Shown one piece after another: positions 1 to 13,035 of a DNA stretch of 64,000 nucleotides. Position 1 is the first letter of the stretch. Every line of letters starts with the position of its first letter. The notes under the pieces were generated by a model. It made no database searches, was not told the origin of the DNA, and was given only the letters and a program-made list of their open reading frames with translations. The DNA lies in assembly GCA_028534125.1 (NCBI GenBank), contig CM052816.1, forward strand, positions 9,922,001 through 9,986,000, given 5' to 3'. Origin of the DNA: Lama glama (lineage: Eukaryota). A program made the position numbers and the translations under genes.

Positions 1-1480
1 CAGGAGCACTACTCTCTTCAACTGTGCTTTTACCACACAGAACACTCTTTCCCATATTTACTTGTTTTCCTTTCCTTCACTGACTACTTCTTAAATCGGC
101 CATGTTTCACAAATTAATTCTTGGCCCATTACGGTTCAGCTATATGAGGTTAACCCTAAATCATTATCTCCCATCTCAATCTCCCCCTTGATCCAAACTT
201 CTAACTCTCTATCAGTCATTATTACTTACATATCCAAAACCAACCTTACCATTTCTTCTCCACACCAAAGTCTCCTCCTGTTCATTTCCCTAAAGAGGGA
301 ATTTTAGTTAGAGTTTCCCCAGCCCTACCTAGAAACCTAAAAGTCACCTTTAACACCTTTTTAATTCAGGCACATCTAATTAGTCACAATATCTTATCTG
401 TTCTATCCATAAAATTCCAAATCTACCCTCATATTCTTATCTTCATTATCAACGCTTGCATGTTTATTTGATTTTATTCATGTAAGATAGAACTCTTGAC
501 TTCCCCTACCCAAACTTGACCCCCACCTGCAATCTGTCCTATTAGTAAATGACACCATAATGCCAACTGATAATACCAAAAACCTAGGAATTGTTCTTGA
601 TTTTTCCACTTCGCTCGACCATCAGATGCAATCCATCATCTATTCTTGAAGATCCACCTTGTAATGATCATGAATCAATATGATATTCTTTCCACCTCTA
701 CTATCATCCTTAGGTCAGGCCATCAAGGGCTCTCACCTAACTTTTGAAATTTTAAGTAGCTATCTTTCATTCTTAACCCATAACCCTCTTTCAGTATATT
801 CAGATTGCCTTTTTTGAAAGATAGTAATAATCATCATCATCATCAGACACATCAAATACATGTTAGGCACTGTTTAAGTGCTTTACACATATTAATTAAT
901 TTTATCTTCACAGCATAACTATGAGGTCCAAGGCTCAGAGTGGTAAAGTAGGTTGCTTAAGACCAAAGACGCAAATGAAATCAGGTCTTAGGTCTCCCTT
1001 TTAGCAACCATCCAACAGATGTCCATTATATTTATAATTAACGAAATATTTTACTGTGGCCAACAATGCCCTGCATAACCTCACTTTTGCCTCGCACTTT
1101 ATCTCCATCACGTGTGTCCCTTCCCTCTGTTCACCTCTCTTTCACTGCACTACCCTTCTTTCTGTTTCTACGATATCACAAACTCTCTCCTAACTCAGAG
1201 ATTTTACTTCTTTTATATCCTTTATCTGGAAAGCTGTTCTTCTACCTGACCCTTCCCATAACTTACTTCTTATCTCAACCTTCATGTCTCAAATTAAATG
1301 TCACTGTTTTCCCTGAGAAACATACCTAAAATGAAGGCCTTCATTATTTTCTATCAAAGCACTATTTGAACCTCCTTCATGGCATTTGTCTCTGTAACAA
1401 TTGTATTAATTTACTGTTTATGGGTCCATTGTTTCTCTTCTGATGCATTATAAATTCTATGAGGTCAGGGACCATGCCTT
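1..1480 (+). mobile_element. Degraded LINE-2 (L2) 3' region fragments, interrupted by a MIR
   Basis: L2-like motifs such as 'agtaaatgacacc...aaaaacctaggaattgttcttga' (543-600) and the 3'-end motif 'ctatgaggtcagggaccatg' (~1457-1476); CT-rich old-repeat composition. Confidence 0.7.
850..990 (-). mobile_element. MIR SINE fragment
   Basis: 'ttaggcactgtttaagtgctttacacatatt...aggctcagag' matches the reverse-complement MIR core. Confidence 0.7.
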
Positions 1481-1651
1481 TGGGATGGCTTCCTTTTGCT
1501 TGGAGGAAAAAAATCCAGACACCTTGGCATGTCAACTTACAGCACAGTCTGATTCTAACCTTCCTTTCCAGCTTTATTTCCCAATAATATTCCTAAACAT
1601 GAAAGTTTAATTACAACTAATTATCAGTTACTAATTATAAATTGCTAATTT

Positions 1652-1840
1652 CCCATAGGGAACTATATTCAATATTTTAAAGTAACCTATAATGAAAAAG
1701 AATATAAAACAAACAAAATCAATCAATCAATCAAATCACTAATTTCCAAAAACACTGTGGAAAACAACTTGACACTATCCAGCAAAGTTGAAGTCATACA
1801 TATACCACGTCAACAAGCAGTGCAATTCCTGGGCCCTAAC
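1652..1840 (+). mobile_element. Short L1 3'UTR stub plus older L1 ORF2-end fragment
   Basis: 'catagggaactatattcaatatttt...acctataatgaaaaagaatat' resembles the L1 3'UTR at 19840-19900; 'actgtggaaaacaacttgac' resembles the old L1 ORF2 end. Confidence 0.55.
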
Positions 1841-2767
1841 CTAGAGCTACTAAGTCAGAATATCTTGGGGAAGGGTTATAAAAACTGTATTCATCAACTT
1901 TCCCAGGTAGTTCTCACTAATATGAAATTTGAGAAGCACAGTCCTAAGGGAATGGACAGGAAAAAGCAAGGATTTAGGCGTTCAGTTGAATTTGGGAAGG
2001 TAAACAGCTAACACAAGTCAACATAGACCTGAAAGTAGGAAAGAGACTGATCCTCTAGTCTACATTTATGATATGTTAGTCTTACCAAGATGAACCATTT
2101 ACCTGCAAAGTATACTTCACTTACTATATACATTTTCACATAGAATATCTCATTTGATCAAAACAAAAACAGTAAAATATATTGGCACAATTCTCTCTCC
2201 CTTTTCCTACCAGGAGAATTTAGTGCAGGAAGTTTTTAGTGGCTTGTAAGAGATCACAGAGCTAAGAAGCAAGGGCAAAATGTTTTCCCACTGCACCATA
2301 ATTTCCTCCTCTGTCACATAAAAGAATTGTACTTGATGCCATTTAAAATTCTCTTTATGATTTATAAAAAATGGAACATGAACTTGTCATTGCCTATCTA
2401 TTTATGCCTATTAGTTCACTGCAGAGTCAAAATCGATGTTTCCTTTAAGAAGGCAGAGGAAAAATGAAGGCCAAACATCTCTCATCAGACTGAGACATAG
2501 AAACTGCCTTAGAGCAGAATACCATTTGATAATCTGATATTTGGTGCGTCAGGCACATACTCCCATGACTTCTATCTGCCTATGTAAATCCTTTTCCCAT
2601 TAGATGTTTCCTTGCAGGTGTCTGCATGATGTCACAAGTCTACTTTAAACATTGTCAGCTGTCCTCTTTCTCCTGGCAAGAAGCTAAATCCACATTCCTT
2701 CTGGTAACACTAACACCATCTTACAGAAGTTTAGGTCTTCAGAGACTTTTAAAAGGTCTCCAAAGAA

Positions 2768-4861
2768 TTTTTTTTTTTAATTGAGGTATAGTAGGTTCAC
2801 AATGTTGTGTTAGTTTCTGGTGTACAGCATAATGGTTCAGTTACATATCTGTAACTATATATATCCCTTTTCATATTCTTTTTAATTACATACCATCACA
2901 AGGTATTGAATATGGTTCCCTGTGCTATAAGTGGGACCTTATTCTTGACCTATTTTATATATAGTAGTGAGTACATGCAAATCTCAAACTCCCAATTTAT
3001 CCTTCCACCCACTCCTTTCCCTGCTGGTAACCACAAGTTTGTTTTCTATATCTGTGAGTCTGTTTCTGTTTTATAAATAAGTTCATTTGTATCATTTTTT
3101 TAGATTCCACATATAAGTGATATCATGTGGTATTTTTCTCTCTCTTTCTGACTTACTTCACTTAGTATGACAATCTCTAGATCCATCCATGTTGCTGCAA
3201 ATGGCATTATTTTATTCTTTTTTATGGCTGAGTAATATTCCATTGTATAAATATACCACAACTTCTTTATCCAGTCATATGCTGATAGACATTTAGGTTG
3301 CTTGCATGTCCTACTGTATGTATATAGTGCTGCTGTGANNNNNNNNNNNNNNNNNNNNNNNNNNNNNNNNNNNNNNNNNNNNNNNNNNNNNNNNNNNNNN
3401 NNNNNNNNNNNNNNNNNNNNNNNNNNNNNNNNNNNNNNNNNNNNNNNNNNNNNNNNNNNNNNNNNNNNNNNNNNNNNNNNNNNNNNNNNNNNNNNNNNNN
3501 NNNNNNNNNNNNNNNNNNNNNNNNNNNNNNNNNNNNNNNNNNNNNNNNNNNNNNNNNNNNNNNNNNNNNNNNNNNNNNNNNNNNNNNNNNNNNNNNNNNN
3601 NNNNNNNNNNNNNNNNNNNNNNNNNNNNNNNNNNNNNNNNNNNNNNNNNNNNNNNNNNNNNNNNNNNNNNNNNNNNNNNNNNNNNNNNNNNNNNNNNNNN
3701 NNNNNNNNNNNNNNNNNNNNNNNNNNNNNNNNNNNNNNNNNNNNNNNNNNNNNNNNNNNNNNNNNNNNNNNNNNNNNNNNNNNNNNNNNNNNNNNNNNNN
3801 NNNNNNNNNNNNNNNNNNNNNNNNNNNNNNNNNNNNNNGGAGGTGTGTATCTTTTTGAATTAGAGTTCCCTCCAGATATATGCCCAGGAGTGGGATTGCT
3901 GGATCATACGGTAAGTCGGTTTTTAGTTTTTTTGAGGAATCTCCATACTATTCTCCATAATGGTTGCACGAGACTACATTCCCACCAGCAGTGTAGGAAG
4001 GTTTCCTTTTCTCCACACCCTCTCCAGCATTTATCATTTGTGCACTTTTGAATGATGGCCATTCTGACTGGTGTGAGGTGATACCTCATTGTAGCTTTGA
4101 TTTGCATTTCTCTGGTAATTAGTGATGTTGAGCATCCTTTCATATGCTTTTTCATATGCCTGTTGGCCATCTATATGCCTTCTTTGGAGATGTGTCTGTT
4201 TAGGTCCTCTGCCCATTTTTGGATTGAGTTGTTCGGTTTTTTCATTATTGAATTTTATGTGCTGTTTATATATTCTGGAAATTAAGCCTTTGTCGCATCA
4301 TTTGCAAATATTTTCTCCCATCCAGTAGGATGTCTTTTTGTTTTGCTTATAGTTTCCTTTGCTGTGCAAAAGCTTATAAGTTTAATTAGGTCCTATTTAT
4401 TTGTTTTTGCTTTTATTTCTATTGCCTGGGTAAACTGCCCTAAGAGAACATTGTTGAGATTTATGTCAGAAAATGTTTTGCCTATGTTTTCTTCTAGGAG
4501 GTTTATAGTGTCTTGTCTCATGTTTAAGTCTTTAAGCTATTTTGAATGTATTTTTGTGTAGGTTATGAGGGAGTGCAACTGATTTACGTGTGGCTGTCCA
4601 GCTTTCCCAACACCACTTGCTAAATAGGCTGTCTTTTCTCCATTGTATATTCTTGCCTCCTTTGTTGAAGATTAATTAACTGTAGGTGTGTGGGTATGTT
4701 TCTGGGCTCTCTATTCTAATGCATTGATCCATATGTCTGGATTTTTTTGCCAATATCATGCTGTTTTGATTACTATAACTCTGTAGTATTGTCTGAAGAC
4801 TGGGAGGGTTATGCTTCTAGCTTCATTCTTTTTCTTCAGTATTGCTTTATCAATTCCAGAT
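2768..4861 (-). mobile_element. 5'-truncated artiodactyl-type LINE-1 (ORF2 C-terminus + 3'UTR + polyA) with 15-bp TSD
   Basis: ORF 3904..4170(-) gives the ORF2p C-terminal peptide '[19 protein letters not shown]...CWRGCGEK...HCWWEC'; T-run from 2768; identical flanks tcttcagagactttt at 2736-2750 and 4862-4876. Confidence 0.95.
3339..3838. other. Assembly gap (500 N) inside the L1
   Basis: Run of N. Confidence 0.99.
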
Positions 4862-5319
4862 TCTTCAGAGACTTTTCATCAGACATCAGCTACTTCTTGG
4901 TTGCTGTGTTCTTCGACTAGCTGTCAAGGCTTCAGAACTCCTGATTTAGAGTCATTCCAGCTTTGTGCCTTAGGACTCCCATAAGGTACTCTTCTTAGTA
5001 TTCTCCTTTACCCCTTGGGACCAACAGAGCTAACATGACTTCTGTTTGACCCTTGGTTTTATTTACCCAAATAAATTCCCAGCCTCTTCTAAGCTTGGGG
5101 ATTTGCATTGCTTCCCCTCTACCTCCCTTCAGCCTCAGAATATCTGGTGGAGCCCAGCTACTTACTGATAGAGTTCTTTGATTCCGTCACTTGACTGGAT
5201 GCCCAAGTAATGTCCTCTCAACTTCCTGCCATAATGCTTTGCCTCCTCTATGAGAAACCATTCCCCCTAAATTTAATACTAATCTCCCCTATCACTAACA
5301 ATTTAGTGGCAATAGCAAT

Positions 5320-5530
5320 ACAATTTACTCTGTCCAGGAGATTGCTAAGTGCTTTATATGTGTTGTCTCACAACAATACTGTAGGGAAAATATTAATACT
5401 TTCATTTTACAGATAAGTGAACTGAGGTTTGGGGAGGTAAAATATTTACTCAGGTTACACAGTTAATAAGTAGATCTGAAATCAGGTCTGTTAAACTTTA
5501 AGAGCCATGGTCTTAACTCTTCAGCCAGGC
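5320..5530 (-). mobile_element. MIR SINE
   Basis: 'cattttacagataagtgaactgaggtttggggaggtaaaatatttactcaggttacacag' is the reverse MIR core. Confidence 0.75.
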
Positions 5531-8479
5531 AGTCTGTCTTAAGCACCACCTGCCTTTGACTATACTCTTCTTACAAATATTTAACTGTATTGGCTGCTCT
5601 AAAATTCCTAACTGTACCAACTGCAGCTGAGTCCCTGCCTGTCACTGTCCCATCCAAGTGGGTGAATGCAGTTCCAGGTTCCAGCCTCTCCCAGTTATTA
5701 AATCCCACTAAAGTTAACCAGGCTATGCTTGGAATTATATTGACACATCATCTATTTAATCCTTTCAAAACTTCTGTGAAATTGACACCACATAGGTCGT
5801 AAGTCCTTTCTCTACTTGAGGGTGGCAGAGGCACAGACAATTACTTTGACTTGTCTGTGTTAATATAGCAAGCAGATGGCAAAACCACAGCCAGACCCAG
5901 GTTTCCTGACTCCAACACCAAAACACTGTACATTAAATTCTCCTTGAATGCGCTTAAGTTAGGTAAGAAATATGGAAAACAAAATGCGGAGTCGAAACCA
6001 TCACCATGTTGAAATACACAGAAGTCCAGTTCTGTATAATTGCCTGAGGCTAAAATGTTATCAGCCTCCTCACTCTTACTAACCACCTCTTTTTACTACA
6101 TTAGCCCATAAACTAGAGTAACAATCCATTCAGTGTATGAAGCAGCCACATTCAGTGATCCAGAACCTACAACCCAGTAGGTTTAAATGGAATTATATAA
6201 TTGATGGAAAGAGAAACAAAGAATGAAATAACAGTAGAGTGAGTAAGATCCCTGGGTGGACCTGGACAGGAATCAGGAAAGGAAAGACTTTGTTAATGGG
6301 ATTGGAAGACTGCGGTAAAATAAATGTTCCACCAAGGGCAGTCTAGGGTTCCCCAACTGGTTTTGGCTCAGTCATGCCAACATTTGACGTTTCCCCAGAG
6401 AAGCAGAAACAATCAACTCCATTGAAGAGGACAATACATATGGACGCTTCTGTCCAACCCTTGCCATTTTTTACTGAAAAGTCGTAAGGGGACAAGAAAC
6501 CTCCAGAAGCCACTCATTCTGTGCCCTTACTTGGAGACATATTCAGTTCCTCAGAGTGGTAGGGAACCTTTGAGTAGGAAGGGCCTTAAAGGTCATTTCA
6601 TGTAACTCCCTCAGGTTACAGATGATGCAATTGATACACAGAAAGAAGAATGACTTGCCCAAGGTCACACAGTGAGTCACTGTCAAAGTTGGGGCCTAAG
6701 CACCCAATGTGCTCTTCCTTCCCTTAGGAGTTAGGTAACTGAAGTTTTTCTTGTTTTTTTGTTTGTTTGTTTGTTTGTTTTAATTAGCGTGGTATAAAAC
6801 CCAGTCATTTATGAACTAGACAAAAATGAAAGTAAGATACTAGGATGATAATTGTGTTCTTAGCATTGTGAAGAATTTGTTGGTGGGAGGGGATGGTGAA
6901 AATTTTACATACCCCACTGGCTATAGTAACTGTATTCCTGTCTTCCTTTCATTTTATTTAGAGTATAAAATAATGAGCTTGGTCAACTAATTAATGAAAC
7001 GTAGGATTAGGGTTAGTCCTTAAATTAAAGGTAGGTTAGACTAAATCACTTTAAGATTCCTAGAAACCGACAGGACTCTATGATCCCAGACAGAATGGAA
7101 CAAGTCTTGAACTCTGAGTCCAAAATATCAGGGAAAATTCCAACTCAGCCTGACCAGTTCTGCAGCCTTAGATCAGTCAGTTAATCTTTCTGAGCTTCAG
7201 TTCCTTCATTCATATGAAAATACTAGTAATCTCTAAGCCTCAGATTTATAAGGAAAATAAGAGATCGTGTATTTTGCCGTAGTTTATATTCTGTATTAAT
7301 ATTACTCCGTAATTACAGAATTCCAGGTGCTACATATGTGTGGATATGCTTGTATGTGTACATGTGTATATGTGTAGGGATGCATGCATGTATTACATGC
7401 ACGGATGGATGGGTAGGTGGGTGTGTGCAGGTACATATGCATGCATTCACATACATTTCTACTTTAGCTCTTTGTGCCCAGTTTGATTCAGCTGTCCCTG
7501 TCCTCCTCTAGGGTGTACTATACCCGCCCTAATTTTACTTCCTGTGAAAAGTCGTCTTCTTCCCTTCCCTCTTGCGTGCATCTGCCAAGGTGCACACATC
7601 TGACATTCATGCCACTGCACCTCCCAGGCCAACAAGTGTAAACGCTTAGTAGTCTATTTCAGCATTCTGTGTTGTGATTGAAGTTTCAAGTTACCTTTTA
7701 ACAAGAATGAAAGAATTTTCCTTTTGTTTTTGTTTATTTTTCCTAGACCTCTGAGAATTTTCTGGAAAAAAATATGTGTACATCTTTCCCTTCTGGGATT
7801 CAGGGACCAATCCTAGATAGAAAGCCTGTGAATTAAAAGTCTTTGAACAGAGGATGTGGTCAGGTTATAGATGGGCAGGAATAATCATCTATAATCTTCT
7901 GAGTGTAGACAACGTCTGGTAGAAGCTAGGAGTTCAAGATTTGATGAAGTGACATTTTCATGCTGAAGTGTTGTCACTTCATGTAAATGAAAACACTGGC
8001 AAACTTTGAAAAGGGGAAAATTTCTCAAATTACCACGTGGATAGCTGTGGCAAAGAACCAATCTGGAGATGGGTTGGTGGGGGACATCTTTATGAATAAA
8101 TTATTAGCTTTAGCAATCATATCACAACAAAACCACCTAGTCCACATGGGATGTGCTTTTTTATTTACAATGCCCTTTTATTTGCTGTATCTCATTTCAT
8201 CCTCACAACAGCACTGCTCAGGAGACAAGTCAGTGATGTATTTTACTCAATTTACAAACAGGTATCTAATGTTTGGAGAGGTTAAGTATATTACCTGAAG
8301 TCCTTTGTATGGGGACTAAAGGCCTGACTACTAGTTAAGGACATTTTCTAAAACATAAATTTTACTTCTCACATCTGTCAGTTTCATTACTCTCTGATAT
8401 TCTCAGAGCACCCTGTTTTTAAAATTATCAAATAATTTTTAGGATTCCACAAGTCAGAAATTGTCTCTTCCACAGCACC

Positions 8480-9120
8480 CAAAATGCCGAACGTGCAGAC
8501 AGACTCCTTAGCAATTTGCTAACCTCAGAAACCCCTCGTCCCCCCAGAAACTCCATCCCCTTCCCTGGGAACCACTATGTTAACACAGTCTGCAAAGTGG
8601 CCGGTTTGAAAGGAGCCTGCCTCAATGACAAGATCTTAATCAGAGGGGAGTCATTATTCCACGTAACAGGAAGTTCCGAGGTGGAGCAGGCTTCAAGACG
8701 GGTGACTCAACAGCACAGTTTGCATGATCCTCAGGCAGGGGGCCAACCAGCTACAGCAGCTCCAGGCATGGAGCCAGAGGAGGAAAAGACCTTCTCTTTC
8801 TCAAGCAACCTTATCAGAGAGAGGAGCTTTTCCCAGAAGTGCATCATAGGCGCTGCATTGGCCTGAGCTGAGTTCAGGCCACCCCTGAGCCAATCACTGG
8901 CTGGGGGAATGGTATTTCCCTCATGTCAGTGAGACCCAGCCTAGAACCGTGGGCAAGGTCAGCTTCTCTAGAGACACAGGGCTCCTTGCAGAGATGAACA
9001 GAAAACAGACTCAGCCTTCTGTTAGGAGGAACGTGGAATACAGGCTGAGGAGGAAACAACACTGGTCACAAGAGGCCAACACTTGTCCCCAGCATGGGGA
9101 CCGGACCCACACAAAGGAAT
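8480..9120. promoter_or_regulatory. Candidate enhancer: repeat-free segment with clustered TF motifs
   Basis: CAGGAAGT (ETS) 8667-8674, TGACTCA (AP-1) 8703-8709, CTTATCA (GATA) 8810-8816, CCAAT 8890-8894, CAAGGTCA (nuclear receptor extended half-site) 8954-8961; higher GC than the flanks. Motif evidence only. Confidence 0.4.
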
Positions 9121-9859
9121 GTTTCAGTGGAAGTCCTAAGATTAGATAATAGCATTTGCTTACAAATTCCTTTAAAATTGAAGCCCATACCTGACATTTT
9201 AGAGTGACGATACAGTAAGTACATTTCCACGGTTTGTTAACTCCAATGACAGAAAACAACCATGAGTAAAGGATGTAAGCATTATAATAACAGCCTATTT
9301 TTTGTCATTCATTCACAAAGTTCATTTATCAGTTTAATAAGCAGTGACTGAGCAAGTGCTCCATGCTGAGTAGAGTTCTAGACAGTGAGTGTACCGACAG
9401 ATTCATGAGTGTGAGTGTGCTGGGGGTGGAGGGCTGGAGACAGACATGGAAGTTATCACAACGCAAATTCTTCTTCCCATCCTCTATAATGTAGAATGGG
9501 AGGATCGTCCAGTACCCTGGGTCAAATATATACATACATGATGAGAAATAATAAATATAATAAATAAACTTATGCATACTTTCATCTTAATGGCAGTAGC
9601 ATGGAGAATCTTTATTGTTAACCCTGTAACACAGACCCTAAGTATTATAGGCATTATATTCCACTTGAAAAATAAAATTGTGCAAAGATATAGATGAGAC
9701 GCATGGCTAAGTTTCCCAAGTGCAGCTCTGACAAGGCCAGAAGGCTAACAGCTAACTAATTACAAAATGTATTTGCTGAAGATATGACAGACAATTCTCT
9801 GTAAAGGAAAATCTAATCATTTAAAAGTGGGACTCAAAGCTTAGTTAAAAATTAGTAAC

Positions 9860-10115
9860 AGCAAATATGAGCCCATGTTTTAAGTACTCAGACACAATAC
9901 AAATACAATCTTATTTAATCATCAGAAAGCCCCTAACGTAGGTATTATTATTATCATCATTGTCATCATCATCATCACCACTACCATTTTACTGATGTGG
10001 AAACTGAAACTCAAAGGAGGTTAAGCAATTTGTTCCAGGTATATAAGTAATGACAGATGAAAGGGCTGATCCCAGACTCCTTTGTCTCCAAAGCCTGCAC
10101 TTTTAATGACTCAAC
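9860..10115 (-). mobile_element. MIR SINE with internal (CAT)n
   Basis: 'ccattttactgatgtggaaactgaaactcaaaggaggttaagcaatttg...ctccaaagcctgcactttt'. Confidence 0.75.
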
Positions 10116-10116
10116 C

Positions 10117-10253
10117 AGTGTTTTTCAAAATGTGGTCCATGGTCTACCTACATCAAAATCACCTGGGATGCTGGTAAAAATCAAACTCTTTAGCTCCACC
10201 CAGTACTGAGTCAGTACCAGTAGGCTGAGATGGAGCCAACAATTGTGCATTTC
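10117..10253. mobile_element. MER5A-like hAT-Charlie DNA transposon fragment
   Basis: 'cagtgtttttcaaaatgtggtcc...catcaaaatcacctgggatgctggtaaaaa...tactgagtcag' is typical of MER5. Confidence 0.7.
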
Positions 10254-12456
10254 CTTGTTTTTTTTGCCTACTGCCTGTTAACACATGACTGAGCTACTCT
10301 GCCTTCTGACATTTATGGCATCATTATGGCGAAAGGATGAAAATGTTACTGATAAGTGCACATGACTGAAGATCTTCTGAAGGTTATGCCCTTTGGAAGC
10401 TTTCATTGAATAGATAGGAACACCCAACATCTAGAAAGTATAGGGTTTAAGCTTGATGTAACAATTCCAAAATTATGCCACAAGCAGGAGCACCTGCTGA
10501 TACCTGAGAATTCTGGAGCTCCTCCCTCCTTTCCGACTCCACTTTGCTCTATACGTTGAAGAGGTCAGTGTTTATGCCTGGGTGTGGGTTTCCTTACTAT
10601 TAATTCCGGTGAGCTGGCCTCCCCTTCCCAAGGATGATCCCAAGCTCCACTTAGGGAAGGAACTTTCCCGGAGTGTACAGCTCACCCAAGTGCTCCAGGA
10701 TTTCCAGCTCAGGGCAAAGATACGCCTCAAAGCCAGGTAACGAGACTTTTCACTTCTGTTTGCACGTCTTTGAGAACATTTTCCTACTACTTCCAATCGT
10801 TATTTTATCGGCAAGCGTTACCTTGGCTGAGGAAGGTGATGTATTTTATCTTCTAGGACCACAGATTATAAAATCTAGAGAATATTTAAACAAACAAAAC
10901 TCTAAGGTTTATCTAATCTAATCTTCCCCAGACCCCACCACCCAAATCTAAAGGAGGTCTTAACCTTTATGGTTTATGACTTTCAGTAATTTGCTTTAAA
11001 CATTTTTTAATGCTCTGATTAATCTCAAACTAAAATTTAGCATACATTTTAATTATTCTATAGACAGGAGTATAAACAGTACTCTGACTGTCACTAATAG
11101 AAATCACGGCAATTTTCACACTATATTGCTTGAAATATTTACATTCTTTGCCACTTAGAGATTATGGTAGTTATTAGAGCATCTGATTATTTGCTAGCAT
11201 ATTAAAAAGAAGCAAATTAGTAGATCACAAATTTGCCATATATTGAAAACCACATTTCAATACAATTGGTTTCCTTATAATCCTATGTATTTTATGTTAT
11301 GCATTTAAAAGCATTCCAAGAAGACCACAGGCATTTCCACATCGGCCCAGCTGTCTACAGCACACACAAGAAGTTTCAAGACTCCTGCTCTCTTGTCTTG
11401 GCAAGAAATGTCCCTGCAGTCCACTTGCACACCTTGAGAGATTTCCCATCTCCAAAGACAATCAGTCCATGTCTGTCCTGGTGAGTCTTTAAAACCTGAG
11501 ACAACAATTCCACTTCACGATGGCGGAAGCAGAAACCACTGTGTTAAATCAAATTTCTAAAAACCATAAACCAATTCTGATAGATACCTTGCAAAAGTAT
11601 TTGATTTACCAGCCAAGGAAAACATTAACGTAGGCAGCAGGATTTCCAAGATTTAAATCACCTAGTAAATAAATGGAGCAGGATTTCATTCTGTTTCATA
11701 GTGTACTCTGTCTACAGGCTACTTTCTTATCTACTAAGTCAGAATTAATATTGCTTCACTGTTGCTCACTCATCACCTGCCTTGCTAAAAAAGAATAGTG
11801 GGGCAGGGGAGCACCAGTTTTCAATCATCTCAACTAAACAATCCTCTCTGCAAAAGACATAGAGGAGATCAGTCAATCATTTTCATTTGTTTTACTTTTC
11901 AGCAAATGTTTTTGTGCCTTCAAAATTAGGAGGTAGTTATCTAATTCATGACATAACAAAGGACCAGAGACTTAGGTTCGTGGTCAAGCGTGTGCAGATC
12001 CAAGGTGTTCTTGCTTCCAATGTAATGCTCTCTCTAGCATTCAGGGGAGTGGGGGGATAGACAGAGGAAGAGATAGAAAAGGAAGAATAAACTAATAATT
12101 CCACATTTAACAAAGTGTTTCCCTAGAATCATTTTCCATGCTCACCCCAAAAACCTGTGTAATATTAGCAATACTTTTTGGTTAAAGAAACACGAAAGAC
12201 CAGAGAGGTTAAGTGTTTTGTTCAAGTTCGTACAGCCAGAAGGAGCAGAGTCAAGGTTTGAGCTCAGGAAGGCTAGTTAAGGGGCTGCCTCTGGCCTTAT
12301 CCTTGCCCTGCCTCAATCCATTCCCCTACAGAGCTGGTGGCACGATCTTTCTCAAGGAAAGATTGACCATGCCACTTTCAGATTTGTTATCTTTCAGAAT
12401 CTCTGGGGAAAAGTCCAGAGCTTGGGGATCCATCCTGATCTGGCTACAGCTTCCTT

Positions 12457-12661
12457 CTGCTGTGCTACAGCTGGCTCCACTGGCCTTTGAGAAACAGTTG
12501 TTAATACTTAGGAATGTCTGAGCAAGCTGGGAAACTGTCGACAGCTGGAATTCGGCCTTGGTGGGAATATTGACACCACAGAAATTGGCAAAAGTTATGA
12601 ACATAATAAAGTTTATTTATTTATTTTTTTTTTTGAGAAGAGATTTACCAACAGGACTCTG
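12457..12661. mobile_element. MER63-like hAT-Blackjack DNA transposon
   Basis: 'cagctggaattcggccttggtgggaatattgacaccacagaaattggcaaa' and end 'tttaccaacaggactctg' resemble recalled MER63A. Confidence 0.65.
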
Positions 12662-12852
12662 CTCCATGGCACACATCCTCGAACCATACCTGTCTCTCCT
12701 TTCTGTTCCCCAATTAGCCGTGCTGTTTCTTTGCCTGGAACACTACTTTCCTTCTCCTCTTTCCCTGACTCTACTCCTATGAACCTTTCAACTTTTAATT
12801 TTTGTCTTACTTTCTTCCTGACCTTCACTGCCTTATCATTTTCATCCCCGCA

Positions 12853-12952
12853 NNNNNNNNNNNNNNNNNNNNNNNNNNNNNNNNNNNNNNNNNNNNNNNN
12901 NNNNNNNNNNNNNNNNNNNNNNNNNNNNNNNNNNNNNNNNNNNNNNNNNNNN
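12853..12952. other. Assembly gap (100 N)
   Basis: Run of N. Confidence 0.99.
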
Positions 12953-13035
12953 CAGAGGAAAGACAAAACTGAGGTCTTAAGAGACCAGGATGCCAGCTTA
13001 TTTCTGGTTCTGGCCCAAGAATGACAAATACTTAC

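Noticed and set aside
3302..4051. 249-aa ORF, and the 173/174-aa ORFs at 23002-23530
   Set aside because: Artefacts of N runs.
10822..10852. 31-nt minus-strand micro-exon (tag|AAGATA...CCAAG|gtaacg)
   Set aside because: Poor polypyrimidine tract, frame-shifting length and no other support.
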